A stretch of DNA of 64,000 nt from Octopus bimaculoides (Eukaryota). The notes under the pieces were generated by a model. That model was not told the DNA's origin. It did not search any database and saw nothing but the letters and a program-made list of their open reading frames with translations. Below are positions 1 through 12,959 of the stretch, in pieces (positions within the stretch are counted from its first letter, which is position 1; every line of letters begins with the position of its first letter). The DNA lies in the NCBI RefSeq assembly GCF_001194135.2, contig NC_068984.1:57946552-58010551 (forward strand), in the 5' to 3' direction. Position numbers and translations under genes: made by a program.

Positions 1-3000
1 CTGTTACATACTTGATATCCCACTGGCTCAAGGGTAGGAGGTACTGAAAGGGTAGTCGAACATATATTGTTCATGACTACATCAACTTGTAGAACGATCA
101 GCAAAAAACATAGTGTGTGCTGCTAAGTCATACTAGAAAGCAGGCAGGCAGCACATTATGTCTAATTTATCTCTGTGCATTGTGATGAGAAAGGGTGATT
201 TATGTTGACAGGAGCCAACACAAGAAAGTAGTCTTGTTGGATAAGATATTGGGCAACCTGCTTATAGTTTGTGAGATCACATCTACAGCAAGTGCTTTGT
301 AATGTTTTTGAACAAAATGCTTTGTTTTTGATTGTATGTTCATCAAGATTTTGGGTATAGGTATCTGATGAACTGGATACACTGGTATCTTATCATTATT
401 TACATTTACCCCAATGCCAGGAAAGTGGAGCCACATCCTCAAAAATCTCTTGGACATATGAAACATTTACATTTTTAAGAGGATAGTCATTATAATTTTT
501 AAGTTAATTAATCAGCAAGAATGTGAATGGAATTGAAAGCTGAAACAGTGTATGTTGTGTTGAGATGTGAGGTTGCGACTATCATTAGTCTCTACTTGCT
601 CTCATAGCACAACAATATTAACCTCTTCAAATTTTAATTTACATTTATAATAAAAAAAATTTTTTTTTTTAAAACTGAAAAACTGGTATTTTAGGCTTAT
701 GTTGCGTCAAAGACAAGCTTTACTCAAAAGATTATATATTTCCCATATCATGACAACCAAACATATGACATTTTCTGCTTGTATTGATCCACCATTCTCT
801 GATCTAGTCTCTGCTCTTTCTGACACTATCTGTAGGTCTTTTTAACTCAGCAAATATGCATTAGATAAGATATTTATAGCACCTTAATTTCAACTCCTCA
901 TTTTAAATCTTTTGGACTCATTATCTCTCTAGCTCACATTGTGAAACAAATAGGTCATATTTAACTCAACCCCTTCCAGTCATTGTAGGTTGTTCATGTC
1001 TTATCACCATACAGCATCACACATACCATTCTGATGAAGAAGGCAGTTCCATAAACATCTACCATTCATTTCATATCGTAGACATACTAATGCTAGTTGA
1101 GAACAGTATCTTGACAGGTCAATTTCAAACACTGCACTAATTGCAACCCTACCTCCAAGCCAACACTTGTAATTACTTAGCCTGCTAGCAAGAGTAGACA
1201 TACCTTTCTGAAACTGTTACATATCATATTAGAAAGGGACAAATATATCTTAGAAGTCAATTATGAAACTAGGCTCCAAAAGGCAAGATGATCAAAACTG
1301 GAATGCTGGCCATGGCATTGGAAAAGTTGACAAAAATTATCACATTGCCAACAATCTAGATATCAATCCATCATCTTTCTAACCAGGAACCCTCAAAGGA
1401 GATAGAATACAACTAATCAGCATGTTCAACAACACAAACATACCATAAAAGAAAAGAAAATTACAAGTTACACTACATGTAAAAGACAGAATAAGAGAAA
1501 CGAACAAAAAATAAAGCTAAATACACATTAACACACAAGCAAGCAGCCCATTTTGACCAATACACCAGCAGGACAATTGTTTTCAAGCAATGTAATATCA
1601 AATCCAATATGGATCAAGCCAGCCCTGACTGAACTCCAATCTTTCCATAACAAATCATAAGATAAACTGTAAAACAAATGTTCCACAAAAGAACTAAAAA
1701 TACCTATTCAAAATTTGATCAATACTTTGTTGCAGGAAAATGTTTTTAAAAAATATCAATTTCTTAAAATGTTAGGTGGTGCTCCAGCATGACCACAGTC
1801 TCATGAATGAAAAGGGTAAAAGGATAGTTACAAGCCAAGGTACTTCTGATAAAAATATACTTACATTAACCACCATGATTGTATATTAGACAAAGTAGTA
1901 GTCATTATTAAATCAAGCAATTTGGTCATAATATTCATGAACTTCATGAGTAAAATAACAAAAGGAATAAATGAAAAAGAAATATTTGATCATGTGATTT
2001 TTTTTTTTTTTTTGCTTCAATGCTTCCATATAACTTTATTCTAATCTCCCACTCTCAAAGAATAAGGTAGGGCTATAAAGGTACCTAATCACTTGAATTG
2101 ATTCATTTTATTAATGAAAACAAAGTCAATCCAGCAGAATTTGAACACAATAAAATAATCTCTTTTTACTTATCAATCTTTCATTCTTTATCATAAAAAC
2201 TTAGAAAGGAAAAAAAAAAAAAGCTGCAAAACCAATAGTCGTCCCATAAGTTCCCACTAAAACCAGTAGTGAGATGCACTCCAATTGAAATGAAATAAAT
2301 ACTGAAGAAAAAAATGTTGATCCTTGACTAAATCCATCTTGCAGTTGTAACAAACAATGTAGGTTTTCATGCATCATGATCACAGTAATTTCGATGGGTA
2401 TAGACTCTTTCTGATCCATTAATACTTTTGATTGAAGGACTTATGAAGCTATTTTCACATTTTTCCCCATACAGCATTTCAATTTATTCTCTTTACCTTG
2501 TAACTTGGTCATCCTCATTGTAAGTTTATTTTCTTAGAATGGCACAATTGCCAGATCAATTTCATAAAATATAGCACAAAATTTTCAAAAAATGGTGGAT
2601 TGTGATAGTCCAAAATGAAAAATTTTTTAAGTAAATTTAAAATATAAAGATTGCCTTTAGACTGATTCTAATTTGCTGATAAATTAATATGACATTCAAT
2701 AAAATCAAAATTTTAATGCAAAAAGAATTTTATTCTCTTTATTAATTTGGTTTTCATTGTAGATGAATGGGTTATACTCCCGGATGACTTTGTGAGATCT
2801 TAGCAGAAAATGTTCTATTTTACAAGTTTCATTTTTAGTCCTAAAACTGACAAAACTAGATCCAACCCCATTCTATTTCTTAGAATGTTTTAAAGAGTAA
2901 CCTCCACCAAAACTAAACTATTAACCATGCCATTTCCTATTGGCAGCTGTAAACAGTCTATGCATATTCCAAATGCTGGCAATCTAAGTTCATCAGCTGC

Positions 3001-4452
3001 ATTTTAGTGATAGGAATCTTCTCTCTTTTGGCTTTGCTTTGCAAACAAAGATTTACAAGGTGGGTAAAGGATTTTATGTCTGTGAAGTGGAACTTCACAG
3101 GTGTAGACATCTACCTGATCAAGCAGACCTTTGGCATATAAGTAGTTTGTTGTTAGACAAGACACAATCCTCAAATCTAGTCAAAATTCTGACCCTTAAA
3201 TAGGCATTTCTTTGAGTACTAGTAGTTTGCACTACTATTTCTTGATTTCCACCATTTTAGATTGATCAGCCAAAGCTATAGGGTGACCCACAAAGGACAG
3301 GTGAAACAAACTCTTGGAGGAAAATTTTTCATCTTGTAAAGGGTTTCAATATTATAATATAATTTTAATGCATCCTGCCATCTAAGGTATATTTTACAGA
3401 TATTTTTTCTATCTTGTGGTTAAAAGGGGAATTGTTTTCAATCATTTATCACATAATTGATTAATTTACACATTTCCATAGAATAGTTTCTTCACAGTGC
3501 TGATCTGTGCAACCAGCTGAAAGTTTCTCTTAACAGACATCGATGCTAGAAGGTAAAAATTTGGATTATATGATTTCATTAATCTGTAGAGAGAATTATT
3601 AATGTGACAAAGGTTTGAAGCATTGTCTGTTCCAATAGTAAAACTATTTTTTGTATGCAGTTTCAAATCAGATGCAATTGATGGCAAAAAAATTCTTTTA
3701 CTAATAAGTTCTAAATGATCAGTTACAGATATCTGCAAGAGAAACTAAACATCTTGCTGACTATAGTTTAATTCTGTCCTTTTACTATGGAAAAACAAAT
3801 GATTTAATAGTTTGAATCAAATTTATATTGCAGCACTAGTTTCTTCCATGTTTTAGTTAAAAAACCAAGCTTCGTTAAAACATTTATTTTTGAGTTTACA
3901 TTTCAACCTCACACACTTTACATAAAGCTTTTTTTCCTCAATTTGAAAATTGTGGATCTGTTAGGATTTTTCAGATTTTTTAACATGCTTTAACTAATTT
4001 TGATCTTTTTCCATACTAGCATGAGTTAGACAAATACATTATTGAAGCACTGTTTTACAGGTAGGTGCCCTTCTTACCACTAACCCCTACTTGTCTTTCA
4101 AGTAGACAATTTGTTGACAAGGCAAATCATAATGTCAGTGCTTTTTAGTTCAGCACTTTTTGAATCAGTACAAATGTAAAGAAACACATAGATGTACATG
4201 TACACATATATATACATGTATATATATATATGATCCCAAAAAATGAAGAACAAACACAAAAACAACAACATGAGGACGTGGTACATGTAAAGTATTAGCA
4301 GATGCTCAGGGAAGGAAAGAAAGGTGGTTTTACGTCTTGAGCAAAGCTCTTCTTCAGAAACAGGAGACAGAGACAGAGGAAAGTCCAATAGAAAAGGAAG
4401 ATGGAGGGAAAACAAAATCACCAATGATTCACATGTGGTTACATTTTGAAAT

Positions 4453-4456
<4 letters not shown>

Positions 4457-4516
<60 letters not shown>
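4457..4516. repeat. (TA)n microsatellite
   Basis: Direct reading. Confidence 0.95.
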
Positions 4517-4517
<1 letters not shown>

Positions 4518-4520
<3 letters not shown>

Positions 4521-5388
4521 TTAACGTTAAATTCAACTTATGATGAAAGTAAGAGATGTATTGAAAGATACAGAAACAATTTATTCTCAAACGATTGAAT
4601 GCTAATAAAATAGTGTGAACAGGAAAAATTATCCATACATTGCAGAAAAATACGTTACCGGCCAGCCATGAGACTCGAACTCACATCCCTGTGATTATGC
4701 GTCAAGTGCTTTACCATTAAGCTTAACTGCCCAGTAACAAATTCTTCTACAATTTTAGAATTTATAAATTTAGCGTTATAAGATGCTAACATTAAATTCA
4801 ACTTATGATGAATGTAAACGAAGTTTGCTTGAGAAGCATTGAGATGTATTGAAAGATACAGAAATAATTTATTCTCAAACGCGTGATAATGCTAATAAAA
4901 TAGCACGAACAGGATAAATTATTCTAAAATTGCAGAAGAATTCGTTACTGGGCAGTTTAGCTTAATGGTAAAACACTTGATGCGTAATCACAGGGATGTG
5001 AGTTTGAGTCTCATGGCTGGCTGGTGAGGTATTTTTCTGTAATGTATGGATAATTTATCCTGTTCACACTATTTTATTAGCATTATCACGCGTTTGAGAA
5101 TAAATTATTTCTGTATCTTTCAATACATCTCAACGTTTCTAAAGCAAACTTTGTTTACTTTCATTATAAGTTGAATTTAATGTTAACATCTTATAAAGCT
5201 AAATTTATAAATTCTAAAATTGTAGAAGAATTCGTTATTGGGCAGTTTAGCTTAATGGTAAAGCACTTGACGCATAATCACAGGGATGCGAGTTTGAGTC
5301 TCATGGCTGGCCGGTAATGTATTTTTCTGTAATGTATGGATAATTTATCCTGTTCACACTATTTTATTAGCATTATCACGCGTTTGAG
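4518..5388. repeat. 290-bp unit array with tRNA-like cores (one copy on -, two on +), running into an assembly gap
   Basis: tRNA-like cores at 4659-4732 (-), 4950-5023 (+) and 5240-5313 (+). The units are near-identical, and the orientation switches at ~4925-4945. Confidence 0.9.
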
Positions 5389-5442
5389 NNNNNNNNNNNN
5401 NNNNNNNNNNNNNNNNNNNNNNNNNNNNNNNNNNNNNNNNNN

Positions 5443-5473
<31 letters not shown>

Positions 5474-6170
5474 AACAAATTGAAAACTTATCTATCTAGA
5501 CATACAATGGTCCTAGTTTGCTGTGATCTAACCAACAAACTTCTTGCCACTATATGCCAAGTCTCACTTAAATACCCAGTCACATTCATAACACCTCAAA
5601 ATATTACAACACCAACTGAAGAATATTTTCCCTTCCAGCCAGTCCAACATGCATAAAAATAATAGCACCACCAATAACATTATTATCTTCAAACACCAGT
5701 AGTGGTGGTAAGTGTAGAAAGGCAACCGTTAGATTCCAACCATGTTCAACATGCCCGTCTGTAATATGGTCACTAACTGTACTTAATGGACAAACAGGAA
5801 CAAAATGGACTGCAGAAGAAACACAATATGCCTAAATTGCTCTACAGCTCTCCATATGAAAACCCATGCACAACAAATGCACAGTGCTGCATTCAAAAAC
5901 ATGGAAGCATGGGATATGCAGAGTAGTAGATTTGAGGATTATGTCTAGTTTAACGATTTGCTTGATCAGGTGGGGGATGTCTATGCCTGTGAAGTTCCAC
6001 TTCACAGACATAAAATCCTTTACCCACCTTGTAAATCTTTGCTTACAAAGCCAATAGAGAGAGAAGATTAATCTCACTACAATGCTTTGGGTCCTCCAAG
6101 TTATTTTGTAGCATTTTCTATTGTATAACTTCTCTTAATGGTAGACTAAAATAAGGATCTGATTACTTAC

Positions 6171-6266
6171 CAATTTCACAAAGACCCAAAGCTTCATAAG
6201 TAATTAGTTCATTGGCTGAGAAACAATCATGGAGCTCTATGACATCTATATCTTGAGGATTAATAC
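6171..6266 (-). CDS. SCP2: SCPx coding exon 12 ([33 protein letters not shown]); the gene continues beyond the left edge of the window
   Basis: Acceptor taattcag|, donor |gtaagt, 96 nt, phase 1 to 1. HDCF is the SCP2-thiolase catalytic loop. The next expected exon ([23 protein letters not shown]) was not found in 1-6170. Confidence 0.96.
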
Positions 6267-6520
6267 CTGAATTACAATTGAAAAACAAACAGAGTTATTA
6301 TATGCAGAAAGAAACTAGTAACAGAGATGTAAAATGACAAACAATAATGATGATGATGATGACATCACAGAAATAAAATGGATAATAACTAAGACTGCTC
6401 ATACTAGCTGCTCCAGAGGTTATAGAAAAAATTGAATACACGTGTATAAGGGATGACCACTAGGTGGACATCCAATATGCTAGAAAGAGGTCATCAATGA
6501 CCCAACCGCAAAGAAAGATA

Positions 6521-7026
6521 ATGTTCTCCAGAAAAATTTTGCAAAATGCCAGAACAGGACAAAATGAGAAATATACAGAATAAAGAATTATCTATGGAGT
6601 GCAGATTTTCAGATTTTTTTATATGCTAGGCCACTTGGTTTTAAATTGAATTAATATTCAATTTATCACCCTATCTATATAAATAATAATTTAAATAGTT
6701 ATGTTCTCCAACCGGCAACATATACTGCAGTGAATTATTCTCTGCAGAATTGTTTCCGGAATTTTGCACACCGGAGCTGAGGCATTTTGAAAAGTAGCCC
6801 CAATGTAATTGGTAGAACTATATGCAAGTCTTGTTTCATGAAGACAATTCGTGTATAGTTCTGCAAATTATATTGATTCTAGAACGTCTATGCTGATGAG
6901 AACACAGATGTTGTTACGTTAGTAAAACGTTAATGTTCAAAACTGCAGTCCATAGATAATTCTTTATTCTGTATATTTCTCATTTTGTCCTGTTCTGGCG
7001 TTTTTCAAAATTTTTCTGGAGAACAT
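6521..7026. mobile_element. MITE with 84-bp TIRs and a TA TSD (Tc1/mariner type)
   Basis: 6521-6604 is the reverse complement of 6943-7026 (81/84 by eye). TA at 6519-6520 and 7027-7028. Confidence 0.85.
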
Positions 7027-7189
7027 TATTGTACATAGTATTCTCATAAATATATATCATATATGTTTAATATATATACATGTATGTTTAATGCGTTTGA
7101 TTCATAAATCAAGCTATATTAAAAAATAATACTGTGTTAGTTATTGATAAGAAACATAATTGTTCTAGTCTTTATTTGAGAGGACATGG

Positions 7190-8027
7190 CACAGAGAAAC
7201 ATCACTGTGCTGGATTACAAAACAGCAAAAAAAGGGGCAAATTACTCAATTCAGAGGGCAGCTTGCTATTCCTTCTTTGCAAAGTTAGGAAATGGTATAA
7301 AAAAGCTGTGTTTAAACACAGTCTAAGCATTTCTGTTGTGAATGCGTACATTCTGTTCAATAAGTACCACACTACGAAAATTCTGTCAGTGAAAACATTA
7401 TGAGAGGTAATCTTACGGAAGAAACTGAAAAAGGAAGGTACTCTGAAAAGGGGCAAGTGATTCTGTCATATACTTGTAGAATTGGAAGGAAAGTGTAGAG
7501 ATATAAGAAAATGAATGTCAAAGATGTTATGATATAATTAGTCAAAATGAAGGGAGTGCAGTAACAGCCAAGAAAGTAAGAAGAGTGAAGATTGTGTGTA
7601 ATAAGTGTGAAAATAAGCCTGTGCTGTGTCTATCATGCTTTGAAAGATTGCACAGTAAGTTAAGCCGTGAAAACACCTATAGTGTCTCAGGAAATGTTTA
7701 TTTCATTTTTTAGATAGGAAATAAAGTTTTAAGTTTCTGGTCACACTGCATACTTTTTAATTACAAAGAAATTTAGTGCACCTGATCACTGTATACAATA
7801 AGTTCAATATATTATATAAATGTAATTGTTTTTTGCCTTTTCACAATATTTCATTATCAGGCTTTAATATTTTAGCAATCATGTTATTTGAATATCCTTG
7901 AAACCATGTCAAAGATACAAAATAAAATATTTTCTCAAATCATGAAAATGTACCACCGGTGGTGCATATGGCGGTTGTGTGAAATTTGCTATGAACCACT
8001 GGTGGTACATGTGGCAGTTAACGTTAA
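7190..8027 (+). mobile_element. piggyBac (PGBD4-like) 3' remnant
   Basis: KVRKWYKKAVFKH.L.ISVVNAYILF motif, C-terminal Cys-rich CNKCENKPVLCLSCFERLH, sub-terminal repeats (accac(c/t)ggtggt(g/a)cat), and a terminal TTAA at 8024-8027. Confidence 0.75.
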
Positions 8028-8236
8028 TATTATGTCATTGCATCTACATTTACTAAAAAATATCCAAAACTAAACCCATACATGTATCTTGTAGCTTTTA
8101 TCGTAGGATATAACTATAATATACTATACAATTTATTGAGAAGAGTAAAGTATTAGTTTAAAAGTAGGATGTCATTCTTGACATTTAATGAAATACATAG
8201 AAAACATCATTTGAGTAAAAAAATAAAGCAACAGAC

Positions 8237-8288
8237 CTGTCTTCTGGTAAAGTCTTTCAGCTGCAATTTTGGTTAATTGAAAACCAAC
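8237..8288 (-). CDS. SCP2: SCPx coding exon 11 (VGFQLTKIAAERLYQKTG)
   Basis: Acceptor catttttag|, donor |gtctgt, 52 nt, phase 0 to 1. Matches VGFDMSKEAARKCYEKSG and fits between the flanking exons in frame. Confidence 0.88.
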
Positions 8289-9429
8289 CTAAAAATGTTC
8301 AATAAAAATGATAAATGTGTAAAAAAAAAAAAAAAAAACCTAAAAAAAAACCTCAACCCCTACTCGAGCAATAATGAAAAAAAAACGAAAAGAAATACAG
8401 AGTAGTTATCAAATGTAAAATAAAACAGTGCAAAACTATTTACTAAATACTAGCATTACTGTATTTTGTATTTCTTCTTTATTGCAACTAGAAATTAGAA
8501 TTTAACGGGGGGGGGGGGGGATTAAAAAAAAATCAACATTTTTCATTGTTAATATGTAGAACTCTAAGTAAATGCCAACAGAACCTAGGCCAGAATATTC
8601 AGCACCGATGACATTGGAGACCAACTTTGACAGCCATGAAAGAAAGTAAAACTTCCATCCAAAAGTACTTTCTGAAGTAAAAGAGAATACAATTGTGACT
8701 CTGAAGAACTGCACCAATGTAAGGAGTTTGTAGTATTGTTGTAACTGATATATTAACAGAAGTCACAACCACTTCTCTTGGACAGTATATATAATTTATG
8801 TAGAGATAAGCAAATATTAAATAAATTTCATCCTGTGTAGAGTATTGGTCAAATGCCAGTCACTTTCTAGCAGTTGATCCCATCACAGCAAGCTATCAGT
8901 TTTATTGTTGCTTATAATAGTGAACTATATTACACAGTGGTACCTATTTATAACTAAGCAGAATGAACTGTAATAAGTTGAATGCTCTATGTTCATAACA
9001 TAAATAGATACAGCAACATATGAATTGCTGAATCTTTCAGCACAGTTGAACTGGTTGTGCACAACTTTCAGTTTAAAAGCAAAGAGCTGATTTCAAAGTG
9101 ACCCTCATTCACCTTTATCACAAAAATATAGAATATTGTAAGATTTTGTAGACATATCAGTATCACTTGACATCCCAATACAAAGCAATTTGATTATTTA
9201 AATATGATAGAGAGTTACAAAAACATGTAAAAGAACATTAGGATCAGACCAAGGCTTCATAAATAAATCATATACAATATCTTGTGGAAAAGAATGGCAT
9301 TATAACTGGGATTGAAATTGTCTTAATTAGAATGAAAACAAGTAGTTTCAGTCTATAACTATACAGACTGTTGATAAATAAAATGACAACACTAAAAACT
9401 CAAATTCATATTAATAGTCTGGTGTATCT

Positions 9430-9800
9430 AGGAGCATAATAGTTTAATTTCTTTTCTAACTCTTACAGATTCCGTTATGAGAACAAAATCATCAGTGTAT
9501 AGTAGTTCCCAAGAGATGTTGGTCTTAAATTCTTGTTATGGCTTGGAGGATGTGAATAGGAGGAGAAATGATAACCAAGCCCTGGTGAACACTACTTGTA
9601 CACTAAATTTGTTACTGACTTCATGGTTTACTCTTACCTTACTGACAGCACCCCTGTACAGTTTTCACAAGCTATTCATCTATCCTTAGTTTCCTTGGAG
9701 GCCACCATACCGCAGAACACGATGCTCTGTTGAAAGCTTTCTCCAGGTCAATGAATTCCAAGTACAAAAGTTTATTCTTAGCTAAATACTTCTGACAAAG
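9430..9800 (-). mobile_element. RTE LINE reverse transcriptase fragment
   Basis: The minus strand reads KYLAKNKLLYLEFIDLEKAF...WELLYTDDFVLI, collinear with the RT at 22650-23000. Confidence 0.85.
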
Positions 9801-10191
9801 ATAGTATCAGTAGTACTTCTACCCTGCACAAACAGAGTTATACTAGATGAAACTATATTTCATCAAGTCTAATTCTATTCTTAATTAATTGGGTTACAAT
9901 TATATTACTTTCATGATTTGGTCCAGCAATTTGATACCTCTGTAATTGCTTCTGTCTAAGGCATCTCATTTACCCTTGTAGTAACTGACTATAATGCTTC
10001 TACACCAGTCATGTACATAGTATTCTCATAAATATATATCATATATGTTTAATATATACACATATATGTTTAATGTGTTTGATTCATAAATCAAGCTATA
10101 TTAAAAAATAATACTCTGTTAGTTATTGATAAGAAACATAATTGTTCTAGATTTTATTTGACAGGAAACAAATAAATAAAATTAAAATTAC

Positions 10192-10339
10192 CAAATTTAT
10201 GCTATCAGTGTTAAATGTTGAAGACTGATCAGTGGACATTTCCATTCCTAATATTTTTACAGCTTGTGACATTAAGTTATGCTTTCGAACAAATTTTTCA
10301 CTGGCAAGTACAACTGCAGCACTTCCATCAGATGTTGGA
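10192..10339 (-). CDS. SCP2: SCPx coding exon 10 (PTSDGSAAVVLASEKFVRKHNLMSQAVKILGMEMSTDQSSTFNTDSINL)
   Basis: Acceptor atttattttag|, donor |gtaatt, 148 nt, phase 2 to 0. CCPTSDG.AA..LASE motif spans the junction with exon 9. Confidence 0.95.
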
Positions 10340-11024
10340 CTAAAATAAATTTAAAAAATAAAAAAGAAACTTTAGTGTAGCATAATGTTTCTGGAATAAT
10401 TTCTCCCCAAAATACCATGGTCTGTAATACCAAAGACTTTATTAACTCTACCCAACAACATCTACAGAGTTTTGGGGAGTTCACAAAAGAACATAAGTAC
10501 ACGGTAAGGTTAATTCGTTAGCAGATTTCTTTACTTGTTGTTGGTGTTATTTAGGAGATTTCACCTCTTTGCTTTGGGAAGGTGGATGTTATCAGTCAAG
10601 CCTGTCATGGTATTGTTTGTACACAAATTTGTTTATCTTATCCTTTACTGCTCACAAAAAGGATGTAGGTAGATGTAAGGGCCAGCTGGTCAGCAGATTT
10701 CTTTCTAGAAGTTAATTGATTACTATTTGGAAATTTTAACCTTTGTGCTTTAGGGAGGTTAAGTTAGTGGACTGATGATGAGAAAGCATTATTGGCTAAC
10801 TACTTTTTTTATAGGACTTTTTCCTGTCCTAATTTCAGTGTGACCATTTTAGTAGCCTCACTATCTAAAATGACATCTTTGTTTCAGACAGTTAGTACTA
10901 AATAAGCAAAAAAAAAAAAAGTGTTTAAGTAACATTGTTATTCTATTAGAACATTTATATAGAATGCAAAATAATGTTACTTAAATTTAAAGGAGATTAC
11001 AAAGAACTCTGAAAGACGACTTAC

Positions 11025-11111
11025 CAGCACTGTAATTTAGTCAAAGGAAAATGAATTTCTTTAGATGAAAGTATTTCTTCATAAGTATAAGGATCTTGGA
11101 ACTGAGAATAA
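11025..11111 (-). CDS. SCP2: SCPx coding exon 9 (YSQFQDPYTYEEILSSKEIHFPLTKLQCC)
   Basis: Acceptor ttttttag|, donor |gtaagt, 87 nt, phase 2 to 2. Matches YSQFQDEY...LQCC. Confidence 0.96.
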
Positions 11112-11269
11112 CTAAAAAATTAAAACAAACATAAATAAAAATAAGACACTAGAAAAGAAAAAAGACTAACATTTACCTTTTCTCCACATGAACAACATTT
11201 CACATGAAGAACACTGATTTACAAATGTTAGTAACTAAACATAAATATTTCTACGATAGCCTCGGGCCA

Positions 11270-11525
11270 ACCAAAGCCTTGTGAGTGGATTTGATAGACG
11301 GAAAATGAAAGAAGCCCGTCGTATATATGTATATGTTTGTGTGTCTGTGTTTGTTCCTCTCACCATCGCTTGACAGCTGATGTTGGTGTGTTTACATACT
11401 CGTAACCTAGCGGTTCAGCAAAAGAGACTGATAGAATAAGTACTAGGCTTACAAGGAATAAGCCTTGGGGGTCGATTTATTCAATTAGAAGGGGGTGCTC
11501 CAGCATGGTTGCAGTCAAATGACTA
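11270..11525 (+). mobile_element. SINE, 5'-truncated (same family as 54115-54528)
   Basis: Shared aaagccttgtgagtggattt...gaaagaagcccgtcg and ggtgctccagcatgg..gcagtcaaatgact blocks. Confidence 0.85.
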
Positions 11526-12959
11526 GGAAAATTAGAACTTAGAACATTACAGATTTTTGCTTAAACTTTACAACCTCTATGTCAAAGAGACAAGTATTTT
11601 CATAATTTTTATTATTCTTTTCATACATAATAAAAATTAGGATTTGTTTAATTACCTAACATGTAAACCATTTTTTAAAAAGTGAAGTTATTGGTAAAAT
11701 ATGAAATGTAAAATAACTTCAGATTACAATTATTGATTTCTTTAAAATGTTAAATCTGATCAAAATCTCAATAGATTAATTTTTGTAGAAGAGGTGTATA
11801 GTCAAATGAATTGGCACCAGTATGTAACTGATAGTTATTTTATCAACCCTAGAAGATGGAAAGTAATGTTGACTTGATGGAAATTGAAATCAAAAATGTA
11901 GAGAAATGAAAATAAATTTTGAAACATATTTAGTTTAATACTTGATCATTTTTATCACCTTGCTAGCATTGTTTTAGTTTAATAGTAAGCTTTTTAAAAG
12001 TGTTATTCTAAATTATGCTTTAACCCACTAATAAAAGTTGCCCATATATTAATTTCAAAACTTCTTGATGTAAAATGTATAAGAATGTATAAAAAAAGAT
12101 AACATAAAAATACATGCACATTTTGTAGCTGAATTAAGTAATATTAAATCAAAATTTAAATAATATTTCTTGTCAAACTTAATTTAGATTAATAGATAGT
12201 AGTCTTCATTTTGCTGCTTAAATTTAATTGCTCTAAAATTCTACATTCACAAGCAATAATAAAACTATAAATCCACAATATTGATTTCTTACATAGGGAA
12301 AGGCTAGCTGTTTGGAGGGCAGGAAGAAGGGAACAGTTGATAATAATAACCCAGTACTACACTGGGACTGTATCTAATCAACCTGAGGGATGAAGTCAAC
12401 TTTGGTGGCATCTGATGTCAGAAGGGAAAGGGCCATAGCTAAATATTGCATAGTACTTTGTTACTTCAACAATTTTGACAATCAATTGCTTGTGTGTTTT
12501 TCTGTCTGTGAACTTTATATAAATATATATTTCTATGATAGCCTTGAGCCAGCCAAAGCCTTGTAAGTGGATTTGGCAGACGGAAAATGAAAGAAGCCCA
12601 TTGTATGCTTGGTAGAGAAGATAGTAGAATACAAGGGAATTAATTTGATAATCTTAAAAAAGTGTTTTTTTAAAATTTTGACTTACTACTATTCATTTAA
12701 TTTTGTAAATCATATACTTCTGTAAATTGGTATTCTAACCGATTTTGGAAAAGTGATGTACTGAAAGAACATATTAAGTGATCTTTTTAAAATCCAGAAG
12801 AAAATATATGAAAATTTTATGATTATGAAGAAATTAAATCTAAAGTGTCTGACAGAATGAGAAACCTAAAAGTAATAGATTATGCCAAAATCATAATAAT
12901 TTCCATTCACATGTTAACAATTGATAAAGTACAACATATAAGGGATATTAATGTTACTT

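Noticed and set aside
3466-3732. Minus-strand 89-codon frame with a good acceptor (tttctcttgcag), considered as the next SCP2 exon
   Set aside because: The translation does not match the expected [11 protein letters not shown]...GHPLGATG segment and ends in a stop. A rough estimate gives several such ORFs by chance in an AT-rich 64 kb.
4659-5313. Three functional tRNA-Met/Thr genes
   Set aside because: G replaces the invariant U33, the anticodon stem has an extra base, and the anticodon differs between near-identical copies. They are treated as tRNA-derived repeat cores.
4518-5388. CRISPR-like array
   Set aside because: The whole 290-bp unit repeats with no unique spacers, there are no cas genes, and the context is eukaryotic.
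5500-5810. Coding-like minus-strand stretch after ttcttctgcag (HFVPVCPL...)
   Set aside because: It has an in-frame stop and no homology I can recognise. It is possibly old TE debris.
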